From the NCBI GenBank assembly GCA_043745805.1, contig JAYTSD010000045.1, forward strand, positions 64,001-128,000: 64,000 nucleotides of DNA, read 5' to 3'. Below are positions 28,182 through 37,979 of this stretch, one piece after another. The DNA is from Fibrobacteria bacterium (GTDB lineage Bacteria > Fibrobacterota > Fibrobacteria > UBA11236). A model generated the notes under the pieces. It was given only the letters and a program-made list of their open reading frames with translations. It searched no databases and was not told the DNA's origin. Each line of letters begins with the position of its first letter. Position 1 is the stretch's first letter. The position numbers were made by a program, and so were the translations under genes.

Positions 28182-29447
28182 TTACTTGATAAAGTTTTTT
28201 AGAGAAAGTCCTTCGAAATAAATATTGTCCAACCACAAAACTACAGTATCGCCAGCCTTGGATTCAGGTTTTTCTGCGGTAAAGTCAAGTGTTTGCATTT
28301 CAGAAGCAACTTGCTTCCATGTATAATTTTTCAATTCTGGCAGGGCATTTTTAGGAAGGCGTAGAGAGTCCACGGGGATGGTGAAATGAGTCCATTGTGT
28401 AGGCAAGGAGAGAGGATAATAAAATTGTGTGGAATCTTGAAAGAGACGACTAATAGTTTTACTCAAAAACTTCACATTAATGATACCTTTGCCTTTGGCC
28501 CAAAAGGAGAGGGCTCGCACATCAGTAAAATCATAAACATCGCCTTGTAACGCATTACCAATATTGAAACCCATGATAGACCAAGGGCTAGCAATTTTGT
28601 TACCTAAAATATATTCCGCACGCAAGCTAGATCCACTATACGCTTCACTATCCGAAATGTTTTCGATGCGAATAGAAGAATTACCATTTTCTTTAATATC
28701 GGTGACGCTATACCATAATCCATTACCGATAATACGCCCGAAAGTGGTTTGTTTCCAACCTTGTTCAAAATCATCAATAGGGATATTGCTTATGGAAGCA
28801 TGTAGGTTTACGCTATCATTTTTATTTCCCGCAGCAATGTTCAAGGATTGAGTGAGCGAAGGAATTACGATATTATGTAAGTTAACTTGAGCGATTAGTG
28901 AAAATGTGCCAGCAGCTATATGAGAAAAGGCATAGGCTCCGTTTGAATTTACTTTGGTTTTGTAAGTAGTCCCCGCGATTTGTAATTCTTGTGCTACGCC
29001 TGAGTCCAAGGTGATAGATCCTGCGAGAGAGGCGAATGCAGCAAGTTTAAATTTTCGATTGGACATGATTTGATGGATATCTATTAAAGTATTTGCTTCG
29101 CGAAGCAACAAGCCCTCGGCCTGGCCGTCAATTTGCAGATTGCACCGTTTTGCGAATGGAATATTTATTGAAAAATGTCCGCTATCATCCGTGACTGCAC
29201 TATCTAGAGTTACAGGTTTGCCGTCGGCGATATTAACAAGCCATTTAGTATCATCTATGAGTAATACTTTTACGCGTGCAGCTGGAGTACCATTGGAATG
29301 TGTGAGGCTAGCTTGTAAATCGCCGTTAGTGGTTTCGGAAGTCCCTCCCGCGATTGGTGAAATTTTGGAACAATCTATAAAATTTAATGTTACGGTAACC
29401 AAAAAAATGAAAACTAATCGTCTGGACTTTAAGTAAAATATTTTCAT
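28182..29447 (-). CDS. Lipoprotein with prealbumin-like (carboxypeptidase-regulatory) repeats and a C-terminal CBM11/CIA30-like domain
   Basis: C-SKISPIAGGTSETTNG; TDDSGHFSI and VNSNGAYAF; IDDFE...WYSVTD...DFTDVRALSFWAKGKG...WLDNIYF. Confidence 0.7.
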   Translation of the reverse strand: MKIFYLKSRRLVFIFLVTVTLNFIDCSKISPIAGGTSETTNGDLQASLTHSNGTPAARVKVLLIDDTKWLVNIADGKPVTLDSAVTDDSGHFSINIPFAKRCNLQIDGQAEGLLLREANTLIDIHQIMSNRKFKLAAFASLAGSITLDSGVAQELQIAGTTYKTKVNSNGAYAFSHIAAGTFSLIAQVNLHNIVIPSLTQSLNIAAGNKNDSVNLHASISNIPIDDFEQGWKQTTFGRIIGNGLWYSVTDIKENGNSSIRIENISDSEAYSGSSLRAEYILGNKIASPWSIMGFNIGNALQGDVYDFTDVRALSFWAKGKGIINVKFLSKTISRLFQDSTQFYYPLSLPTQWTHFTIPVDSLRLPKNALPELKNYTWKQVASEMQTLDFTAEKPESKAGDTVVLWLDNIYFEGLSLKNFIK

Positions 29448-30271
29448 TTTCCTTTTCCTCCAATTTTGGAAAGAGGAAAAAACTGAACATTGAGCTGATA
29501 CGTTCTATCGGGATGGGTTGCGGCATTTACATAATTAATTAAAGTACCGCGAAACTCCTTTACCCTTTCGCGAATCTCAGTAAAATCATGCGCATTAATA
29601 TTTAATGTTACGGTAGAAACATCTCTTTGATTTTTAGGATGCCTTTGTATGGCTTCTTGGGAGAGGCGAATAGTTTCTTCTTGAAAGGCCTCGATAGCTA
29701 AGGATTGCCATTGGGATCCCGAAGTAATAGCGGTATCGGTCATTTTATAAATACCAGCTTCATTTACCCTAACCAATCCCAGCTTACTGAGTAAAGCGAT
29801 ACCTGCTTTCGCTTCCTTTGGTGTAATGGGTGGATTAAGCACGGCAGCAAGCAATTTATAATCTCCTGTAAATTCATAATATTCTAAAACCGAACGTAGG
29901 GCAGAGTAATACCACTTTTGATAATAGGCGTATTGTTGAGCTACTAATTTTTGGGTATTGATATTTTTAATTGAAAGTAATTTTTCGAAATAGAGTTTGC
30001 TTTTTTTATGAGATTTTGATTTGCTAAAATGCACTAAGGTTTCAAAGTATTCCGCTTCTTTTTCTTTGAGCCCACAAAATACAGCAAATGCGGTAATGGA
30101 TTCATCGGCAATATGACGACTATGTAAAAATACCTTCGCTAAATAACTGGAATCTATTCCCACCTTATTCCCAAATAAACGATACGAAAAAAAGCTCTGG
30201 GCATTTTTTTTCTCTTCGTAGAAATCTTTGAGATAAACTCGATAATCGAGGTATTCGAAAATGGATTTCAT
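29444..30271 (-). CDS. TIGR02147 / DUF4423 family protein (N-terminal HTH)
   Basis: IFEYLDYRVYLKDFY, FSYRLF, YFETLVHF, KWYYSALR, RDVSTVT, YQLNVQFFPLS. Confidence 0.9.
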   Translation of the reverse strand: MKSIFEYLDYRVYLKDFYEEKKNAQSFFSYRLFGNKVGIDSSYLAKVFLHSRHIADESITAFAVFCGLKEKEAEYFETLVHFSKSKSHKKSKLYFEKLLSIKNINTQKLVAQQYAYYQKWYYSALRSVLEYYEFTGDYKLLAAVLNPPITPKEAKAGIALLSKLGLVRVNEAGIYKMTDTAITSGSQWQSLAIEAFQEETIRLSQEAIQRHPKNQRDVSTVTLNINAHDFTEIRERVKEFRGTLINYVNAATHPDRTYQLNVQFFPLSKIGGKGK

Positions 30272-30485
30272 AAACCTATCCGTTTTAGTTATAGGCTAAT
30301 ATACTTGCAGGACCCTAATGTGGCTGTGAATGTGAAATAAAAGTGGAAAAAAATTAGGATATAAATGTCCACAAAAATGTCAAAAAAACTTTAAAAAAAA
30401 GGTTTTAGTCCATTTTTTGGGAATATCTTATTGTTTAATATCCTGAGACACCGTGACTTTAGTCCAATAATATTTGCTTACGGCT

Positions 30486-30520
30486 AAAAAAATAAGGTAA
30501 CCTATTGGCTACCTTATTTT
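30486..30520 (-). terminator. Probable terminator of the RCC1-repeat gene
   Basis: AAAATAAGGTA...TACCTTATTTT stem with U-run on the minus strand. Confidence 0.6.
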
Positions 30521-30588
30521 ATATTTTTTAAAATAGAAAAGGCTTATGGTAACTTATATGTTACGATACTAAAATTAGGTATTTGTAC

Positions 30589-32748
30589 TTACCAAATTTT
30601 CCCAGGCATAACTCCGGTGTTTCCGGCAGGTGCTGGATTTGACCCTTGACCTTCGGCAAAATATTCGCCATTGCCTGAAGAGTAACGTACACCATTATTT
30701 TTTAAAACCATGGATGTAAACGCGCATCCAGCCATACTACGTACAGGAGGATATTGAGTGAAAAGTGGGAAGTCCGATCCAAACGAATCGCCAGTGGGTA
30801 TGTCTCCGCCACCGGATCCCCAACCCAAAATTACTCCTCCAGGTGTTGAAACCAAGTTGGAAAAACTGGTTGTTGTCACTAGATTGGCTTGACTTAAAAA
30901 GTAGGTCAAAAAATTTCCATACTGATAAAGATCACCATTGGCTTTTACCACAATACTGGTAGTTGCGCTACCTTCGATAGTCACCCAATCAGATTCTGTT
31001 CCAACCTGCGTTGGAGTGGTTAGATCAACACCGCCACCACGACCCCAAGCCCAAAGTTTTCCATCTGAAGTAATGCCTAAACTTTGTTGTTGTCCTGTGG
31101 CAATCGCGACCCATTTTTTGCCAAAGCCAATTAATATAGGAGTGGTGTGAGTATTAGTGGTTCCGTCTCCTAATTGATAGTTTCCATTTTCACCCCAGCC
31201 CCACAATTCACCATTCGCTTTTAGGGCTAAAGTATGTCCGTAATTTGCATAAACCTTGCGCCAATTTAGATCATTATTCACTTTTACCGGAGTATAACTG
31301 AATGGAGCGGCAATACCCATTTCTCCAGCTGAATTAGTGCCCCAGGCCCATAAAGAGCCATCACTTTGAATTGCTAAACTCTGGCGTTCTCCGCCAGTTC
31401 CTTGCATCCAAGTATTTCCAGCCACATGTACAGCAGGCACATTATGGGTTTTCAAGGCATCGGTTGAACCCGTTCCTAATTGACCCGAAGTATTTGCGCC
31501 CCACGATTCCAATTGTCCATTGCTACGGATGTCCATTGCTTGATAATCGGCACCGATAAGTACGCCGGGTTTCAAATTAGTAGCCCAAAGATCATTAGTA
31601 GATGTTTTCCAAGGGGTAACCTTGGTGTATTGTGGCGATGTAGTATTACCAATGCCTAATTGCCCAGAAGAATTGTTACCCCATGCCGATAAATTGCCAT
31701 TGGATTTAATGGCCAAGGTAAATCCTTTACCGGCTGAAATATATTGCCAATCATTATCCGTACCCAATTTATTAGGGGTTTTTTTCAAGATGGAACTATT
31801 TCCAAAACCTAAGGCACCGGAAAGATTACTGCCCCAAGCATACAAAGTTCCATTGGCTTTGATGCCCAAACTATGTTTGTCACCTGCACTAATAGCGCGC
31901 CAAATTTCAGTGGAGATTTTAAAAGGTTTAGTTTGATTAACGGGTTGTTTATTGTCACCGACTTGTCCCGAATCATTAAGTCCCCAGCCCCACAAAGTGC
32001 CATCGTCTTTGATGGCAAGTACATGACTTCCACCGGCGGCAATGTCTATCCAATGATCTGTGCTGGGCCCGATAAGTGTTGGAATATTATAGGTACTATT
32101 GGTGTTACCTTGTCCAAGTTGAGAAAAATTGTTTTTACCCCAACTCCAAAGCGAACCATCCGCTTTCAAGGCAATAGTAAAGCCTTTACCCGCCGCAGCT
32201 TTTATCCAGTTATTTTCAATTCCAACACGCGCAGGGAAGGATTTTGTTGCACCTGCATTGGCACCAAGTCCTAATTCTCCGTCGGCATTATTTCCCCACG
32301 CATAAAGGGCTCCATCGTATTGTATGGCTAAGGCATGATCAAATCCCGCAGTAACAAATCGCCACCAGTCACCATCCCCAATAGTTCCAGGAAAATTATG
32401 ATCAAGATAACTTTGCCCTAATTGTCCTTTATTATTTTTCCCCCAACTCATTAAACCACCATAATCGGCTATGCCCACAGAAAAGGAGTCGCCCGCAGCC
32501 ACTTGCACGAAAAAATTATAACCGGTATTTACAGGATTTAATCGTCGTGAATACGTGCCGTCACTGAGTTCTCCCGAAGCATTGCTGCCCCAAGAGTATA
32601 GGGACCCATCGGGTTTAATAAGTAAAGTATGTGAAGAGCCTGCCGCCATAATGGGAAAGGGGCCGGGAAGCCTTGTATCGGCGGAAAGATTATGAATTAA
32701 AATAAGGGATAAAAATATATACCCAATTTTTCCAGCTTTTTTTTGCAT
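30589..32748 (-). CDS. Secreted RCC1/BLIP-II repeat beta-propeller protein
   Basis: Many AG..H.LA.K.DG.L..WG.N..GQLG repeats; signal peptide. Confidence 0.92.
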   Translation of the reverse strand: MQKKAGKIGYIFLSLILIHNLSADTRLPGPFPIMAAGSSHTLLIKPDGSLYSWGSNASGELSDGTYSRRLNPVNTGYNFFVQVAAGDSFSVGIADYGGLMSWGKNNKGQLGQSYLDHNFPGTIGDGDWWRFVTAGFDHALAIQYDGALYAWGNNADGELGLGANAGATKSFPARVGIENNWIKAAAGKGFTIALKADGSLWSWGKNNFSQLGQGNTNSTYNIPTLIGPSTDHWIDIAAGGSHVLAIKDDGTLWGWGLNDSGQVGDNKQPVNQTKPFKISTEIWRAISAGDKHSLGIKANGTLYAWGSNLSGALGFGNSSILKKTPNKLGTDNDWQYISAGKGFTLAIKSNGNLSAWGNNSSGQLGIGNTTSPQYTKVTPWKTSTNDLWATNLKPGVLIGADYQAMDIRSNGQLESWGANTSGQLGTGSTDALKTHNVPAVHVAGNTWMQGTGGERQSLAIQSDGSLWAWGTNSAGEMGIAAPFSYTPVKVNNDLNWRKVYANYGHTLALKANGELWGWGENGNYQLGDGTTNTHTTPILIGFGKKWVAIATGQQQSLGITSDGKLWAWGRGGGVDLTTPTQVGTESDWVTIEGSATTSIVVKANGDLYQYGNFLTYFLSQANLVTTTSFSNLVSTPGGVILGWGSGGGDIPTGDSFGSDFPLFTQYPPVRSMAGCAFTSMVLKNNGVRYSSGNGEYFAEGQGSNPAPAGNTGVMPGKIW

Positions 32749-32956
32749 GAAGGCTTTTCCTTTGTGAAGTGTTAAATCTTGTTTTGAAATGGATTTAGAA
32801 CAAATTCACAAGTTAGATGCATGCTTAATTCCTTTTGTCTCATTAAAAAAATAAGACTTATTTAATTTCGGTCGAATCAATTGTTCCCATGATTTTGTTT
32901 AGCTGAGGAAAAACGATAAGTATTTAGTAAGGGGGCTATTTTTTGGGGTTTTAACT

Positions 32957-33610
32957 CTACTTTGCAGTAGAATTTGCACTTAAATGTTGCAAAATTTGGG
33001 CGAGGTTAAATTGCCAGGAAATCCCTAGGAAGCTATCGCGAGTCCATTCATGGACTGGATAATCGTATAGTTGTAAATAATTAATTTCATAACGCGCATA
33101 CAAAGCAAAAGCTTGCCATTGATAAAATATTTGGGGTCGCAGCGAGAAGGAAATTCCATTTTCATAAAAACGCGTCCATAGTGAAATATTACCACTATAT
33201 TTTTTATATTCTGTAGTATAGGCCAAACTCCATAAGGGCTCGGCACTATTATCAATATGACCACGCACATCCCTGAGTAGGCGTATACGAATATCTAATC
33301 CAAGCCCTGAAGAAAAATAACCTTGAGCAATTTTTTCCGGATAGAAATATTCTGCAATAGGGGTAATATCATAGGCTGTTTTATTGATAAGAAAAAAAGT
33401 CCCATAGGCGCGAAGTTGAGCATTTAACCTGATTGGGAGGTGCTTAAGACTAGGTGAATGGTAGATTAAATTACTCATTGCATAAGCGTATCGAGTTCTA
33501 TAACTTCCAATATCATAAAGGATTTCATGATGGGAAAGGTCTAATGCTTTGCTTTGTTGGGGACAGAAAAAAAACAAATTCACTAACACTATTTTCCACC
33601 AGGAACTCAT
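32957..33610 (-). CDS. Secreted hypothetical protein (possible small outer-membrane barrel)
   Basis: Signal peptide, Tyr-rich amphipathic strands, FLGISWQF; ATGA overlap with upstream gene. Confidence 0.45.
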   Translation of the reverse strand: MSSWWKIVLVNLFFFCPQQSKALDLSHHEILYDIGSYRTRYAYAMSNLIYHSPSLKHLPIRLNAQLRAYGTFFLINKTAYDITPIAEYFYPEKIAQGYFSSGLGLDIRIRLLRDVRGHIDNSAEPLWSLAYTTEYKKYSGNISLWTRFYENGISFSLRPQIFYQWQAFALYARYEINYLQLYDYPVHEWTRDSFLGISWQFNLAQILQHLSANSTAK

Positions 33611-34455
33611 GGTGCAACTTCCAGATAGGATGACCCAATGCGTAATTCATCTAAATAAATAATATTAGTTTTTAGGGGATTGTTTTTCCCACGGTATTGA
33701 CCGAATTTGAAATAGTTGCCGCTACGATTATAAAGATTTCTTTGAAAATACTTATAATCTGTTCCGTTAAAAGTGGTAAAAAAACTCCCATTCAACCATG
33801 CTTCAATGTAGCCCGTTGCGTCGTCCACCCAGTAAATATGGCAAATAATATCCTGCCATTTTCCTTTTTCAATACGAACTTTATTACTAACGGTAAAAGT
33901 TGAATTTGGAATTGGATTTGGAGTATCATTCATATTAATAACAATTTGACTATCCTCGTAGATTAATGCAATAGGAGGAGGCGAGCCATGTAAAGCTATT
34001 ATAGGATCCCAGTTTTCACCTTGGCTATAATTGGGTAAGTCTTGCCACTGCGCGATAACATTATAGCCTCCCTCAGTATAACCGGTATCGATCATAAAGC
34101 TCCAAGCATAGTACACTTCGGTTTTGAAAAAGGCGCAATCGTAAACGGCTAATTCGGCACGATACCCATTGTTTATATAATCGTCGGGACGCAAAGTATT
34201 TTTTAAGGCAAATTTGCCATGGCGCACAGGCATATTCACTAAAATGGTATTTACCGATTGGTTGGGTATAAGGTAATGCCACCCGAGTAAATTTCCCGAT
34301 TCGAAATCACCTCTGAAATGATTAAACGATTGGTTGGGTTCAGCGGTTGGTAATTTTCCACAGCCGTTTAAAAAGGCGCTAAAAATTAATATGAGAGTTA
34401 TTTTTTTGAATACTAATATAGTCGATAGACGCAATAAATTAATTTTTGAAGTCAT
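33607..34455 (-). CDS. Polysaccharide-lyase-like lipoprotein (heparin lyase I / Polysacc_lyase fold)
   Basis: Lipobox LNGC; GDFESG, RAEL, YYAWSF, IAQW, PPIAL, GYIEAWLNG, YFKFGQYR, IYLDELRIG. Confidence 0.75.
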   Translation of the reverse strand: MTSKINLLRLSTILVFKKITLILIFSAFLNGCGKLPTAEPNQSFNHFRGDFESGNLLGWHYLIPNQSVNTILVNMPVRHGKFALKNTLRPDDYINNGYRAELAVYDCAFFKTEVYYAWSFMIDTGYTEGGYNVIAQWQDLPNYSQGENWDPIIALHGSPPPIALIYEDSQIVINMNDTPNPIPNSTFTVSNKVRIEKGKWQDIICHIYWVDDATGYIEAWLNGSFFTTFNGTDYKYFQRNLYNRSGNYFKFGQYRGKNNPLKTNIIYLDELRIGSSYLEVAP

Positions 34456-34664
34456 ATTTTTTTAATTGAAAACTGCTTGATTCCCACAATAAATTACATT
34501 CCGCCTAAGTCTGGCTATTTGCCACTTAAACCTCTAAGTCAGCTTTTCGAAATATAACTGTTTTGAAGGTAAAATCGACTGTGTTTTTTTGCTTCATATT
34601 GGAAGCTTATTGAAGGTATAATCGATCGGATATTGTATTTGGGAGTAATAATGGAAAAAGCTTT

Positions 34665-36197
34665 TTGGCCAATTTAAATACGCCTAAAAATTTTGTTTAC
34701 ATCTTACTAGGTATTTTACTTTTAAGTGGGCTAATCAGAATCAATTATGCCTATAAAGAAGCTGTACCAACTGGAGATGAAGGGCCTTGGATGCGTTTGG
34801 CGGTTTCCTTTCCTGAAAAAAACTTTATGGTCAGCAAGGTTATTGAACATGATTTGTATTTCCAAAGAAGCCTTCCGCATCCAGAAGATAATCGTTCGCC
34901 GCTTTTCCCAATTTTACTTTCGCCAGCAAGATTTTTTTCGAATCCTTATTTCGCTGCAAAGTTACTCAATCTTGCTTTAATTTTAACCTTAACCTTTGCC
35001 CTTTGTTTTTTATTAAAAAAGTATGTGGGTGTTGCCACAACATTAAGTTTCGCATGCCTATTAGGCATAAGTCCAGTCGTGATAACGTACTCTTCCTTGG
35101 TATATCCGGATATTTTATTTGCTTTAGGAGTGCTCTTATTTGTTTTAACCATACCTAAATTTCCAAGCTCAATCAAATCTTCTTTTGGGAGTGGTTTACT
35201 AATTGGATTATTTTTTTTATTAAAAAGTACCGCTATATTTTTACTTCCTGGGATATTGATCGCTTTTTATTTGGAGAAAGAGGAAAAGCAAATCCTGATA
35301 AAGTTTATGGCTTTTAGCGTAACGTTTATGTTATGTGCCTTACCTTTAATGATTTACAATATTCATCATTTTAACTCGCCTCTTTATCAATTTTCGGGTT
35401 ACAATTTATGGGTCGATAATGGCAATCAAATGTTCCATGTTCATGAACCACGTCCTTCCTTTAGTATGTATCATCAAACCCATAGTTTTTTCTTTATTTT
35501 TTGTGAACGTCCTGTTTTGGGGTTGATGCAATTGATTAAAAACTTTTTCAAATTCGATTTGTATTTATCGCTTTGGTTATTGCCTTTGACACTAGTGGGC
35601 TTGTATAAGTTATTTAAACTTTTGCCAGTCAAAAATTTACGTAACTATTTTTTACTTTTTTCCTTAGCATATTTTCCCATGATGGCTTATTTGTCTTATT
35701 CCATTTGGGTCACACGGTATATTTTAGTTTACTATTTTATCTTTTATTTATTGGCGGCATTGGGAATGGTATGCTTGACTGAAAAAATTGCTAAACCTAA
35801 TTTTCGGTTAGCATTAAATTCGGTTTTACTTTGCATTGCATTTTACAGTGTCGCTTACCCCCTAGAATATTACACTTCAAGGCGTGGTAGTAAGGTACTG
35901 CAAGATCATGACATTCGTGCGCTTATACATAGAATTGATAAAGTGGTTCCTACTAATGCGGCTGTGTTAAGTACCGAAGTAGGAATGTATAGCTTTATGC
36001 ATTCTATGCAATCCGTAAATATATTCGATGAGATTGAAAATATGCAACTGTTAATGGATAATTACCCTATTCAATATGTGTTGGTTCCTGATGTAGATAA
36101 GGAAAAATTGAGCAAAACTTTCATTCAAAAAAAAGGTTGGAAATTAATTTCCCTAGATCATGAAGGTTCGTTCACCTTTTATCAGCTTGGACATTAA
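34665..36197 (+). CDS. GT-C fold membrane glycosyltransferase (ArnT/PMT-like)
   Basis: GDE in first loop, RSPLFP, YPD, ~12 TM segments, RY motif. Confidence 0.75.
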   Translation: MANLNTPKNFVYILLGILLLSGLIRINYAYKEAVPTGDEGPWMRLAVSFPEKNFMVSKVIEHDLYFQRSLPHPEDNRSPLFPILLSPARFFSNPYFAAKLLNLALILTLTFALCFLLKKYVGVATTLSFACLLGISPVVITYSSLVYPDILFALGVLLFVLTIPKFPSSIKSSFGSGLLIGLFFLLKSTAIFLLPGILIAFYLEKEEKQILIKFMAFSVTFMLCALPLMIYNIHHFNSPLYQFSGYNLWVDNGNQMFHVHEPRPSFSMYHQTHSFFFIFCERPVLGLMQLIKNFFKFDLYLSLWLLPLTLVGLYKLFKLLPVKNLRNYFLLFSLAYFPMMAYLSYSIWVTRYILVYYFIFYLLAALGMVCLTEKIAKPNFRLALNSVLLCIAFYSVAYPLEYYTSRRGSKVLQDHDIRALIHRIDKVVPTNAAVLSTEVGMYSFMHSMQSVNIFDEIENMQLLMDNYPIQYVLVPDVDKEKLSKTFIQKKGWKLISLDHEGSFTFYQLGH

Positions 36198-36897
36198 CGT
36201 GGGTGTTACCGTATTAAAACCCCCCATATCAGTAATCATTTGTACTAAAAATGAAGCCGGTGGAATCGCTAATTTAATTCACGAAGCCAGCAAGTTTTCT
36301 CAAGAAGTAATTGTCATTGATGGTCATTCAAGCGATGGGACCGCAGACCTGGCCAAACAAGCTGGAGCTAAGGTATGGCAGGACAATGGCAAGGGTAAAG
36401 GCGCAGCCTATAAATTAGCTATACAAAAGGCGAGCGGAGATATCCTGGTTTTCATCGATGGAGATGGTTCGCATGAAACGAAAGATATTCCCGTATTAGC
36501 CGAACCCATATTAAATAATAAAGCGGATTTGGTTATAGCTTCACGGCATAAGGGCGGGAGCGATGAATGGCGTGGAGATCTAAATACTTATGTGCGTCAT
36601 TTAGGTAATGGCATTTTATCCATTAGTATGAATTATCGATGGAAGGCTAATTTAACCGATGTGTTGAATGGTTACCGTGCCTTGCGAAAAGACATTGCCC
36701 TCAAAATCCCTTTACGGCCCGATGGATTTGATATTGAGCAACATATGATAGCCCAATTTTTAAAATATGGTTTTCGCGTAGTAGAGGTGCCTAGTCATGA
36801 GTATTGTCGCGCTTGGGGCGAATCTAAATTACCTACTTATCAAAAAGCCTATTTATTTTTTTGGAGATTGTTCTTGGATTTGATCACCCATAAGTAA
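36160..36897 (+). CDS. GT2 family polyprenol-phosphate glycosyltransferase
   Basis: SVIICTKNEA, VIDGHSSDGT, GKGAA, FIDGDGSH, GYRA, GESK; true start may be slightly downstream. Confidence 0.9.
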   Translation: MKVRSPFISLDINVGVTVLKPPISVIICTKNEAGGIANLIHEASKFSQEVIVIDGHSSDGTADLAKQAGAKVWQDNGKGKGAAYKLAIQKASGDILVFIDGDGSHETKDIPVLAEPILNNKADLVIASRHKGGSDEWRGDLNTYVRHLGNGILSISMNYRWKANLTDVLNGYRALRKDIALKIPLRPDGFDIEQHMIAQFLKYGFRVVEVPSHEYCRAWGESKLPTYQKAYLFFWRLFLDLITHK

Positions 36898-37917
36898 TTC
36901 GCGCTGTGATTTAGAATGACGCTTAAAATATTTTTTGGGAATGGTATGTCCCTTACGTAATTCTTTTTGATCTTCTATGGGTAAAGTGGCAATCCCTTTA
37001 CATTCTTCTGAACAACAACCTTGCATTTTTTCATGACAGGTTGGGCACTGAATGAACAATAAATTGCAAGCCTTATTTTTACAATTATGATGTGTGTCGC
37101 AAGGTAATTCACATTGATGGCAATTGGCAACAATGTCGTTGGAAATACGTTCAGACATGCGAAAATCGAAAACAAAATTTTTACCTTTAAATTTATTTTC
37201 TAATCCTTCGGCTTTGACTTGCCGTAAATATTCAATAATACCACCCTCCAGCTGATACACATGGGGGTAACCTTTATGTTTAAAATAGGCGCTGGCTTTT
37301 TCGCAACGAATACCGCCGGTGCAATACATCACCAAATTTTTATCATCGGTTTTGCCTTTTAAATCGGCATCAATGATATCTAAGGATTCTCGGAACGTAT
37401 CCACATCGGGTTTTAAGGCACTTTGAAAATGTCCGATTTCACTTTCATAATGATTACGCATATCAACTAATATGGTATCCGGTTTATCGATTATGGCATT
37501 AAAGTCACGTGCCTTTAAATGCATGCCAATTTGAGTGGCATCGAAAGTGGGATCGTCAATACCATCCGCTACAATTTTAGGACGAACTTTTATTTTAAGT
37601 TTCAAAAAAGATTTATTGTCATGCTCAATAGCCACATTCAAACGATTTCCTTTTAAAAAGGGAATACTATCTAAATGTTCTTTAAAGGCTTTGAAATTAT
37701 CGGCAGGTAATGAGAGTTGCGCATTAATGCCTTCGGTAGCCACATAGATGCGACCTAATACATCTAGCTTTTCCCAAACTTGATATAAATCATCGCGGAA
37801 AACTAGAGGGTCAGAGAGATTATGATACTTATAAAAAGAAATGGTAATGCGATCTTTGCCCGCAGCATCAATTAACTTTTCGCGTTCGCTGGCGCTAAGA
37901 TTATTATACTGCATCAT
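36853..37917 (-). CDS. trhO: Oxygen-dependent tRNA uridine(34) hydroxylase (rhodanese domain)
   Basis: GRIYVATEGINAQ, IVADG, DMRNHYESEIGHF, YCTGGIRCEKAS, LEGGI, NFVFD, Cys-rich C-terminus. Confidence 0.93.
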   Translation of the reverse strand: MMQYNNLSASEREKLIDAAGKDRITISFYKYHNLSDPLVFRDDLYQVWEKLDVLGRIYVATEGINAQLSLPADNFKAFKEHLDSIPFLKGNRLNVAIEHDNKSFLKLKIKVRPKIVADGIDDPTFDATQIGMHLKARDFNAIIDKPDTILVDMRNHYESEIGHFQSALKPDVDTFRESLDIIDADLKGKTDDKNLVMYCTGGIRCEKASAYFKHKGYPHVYQLEGGIIEYLRQVKAEGLENKFKGKNFVFDFRMSERISNDIVANCHQCELPCDTHHNCKNKACNLLFIQCPTCHEKMQGCCSEECKGIATLPIEDQKELRKGHTIPKKYFKRHSKSQRELLMGDQIQEQSPKK

Positions 37918-37979
37918 AATGGGGAGCAAAGTTAAAAATTAATAAGCAAAATAAAACCCTAGATCATGCCCTGAAAACG

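Noticed and set aside
30360..30470. Repeated TTTAGTCCA / AATGTC words upstream of the TIGR02147 gene
   Set aside because: Only two short copies each in AT-rich DNA; not distinguishable from chance without orthologs.
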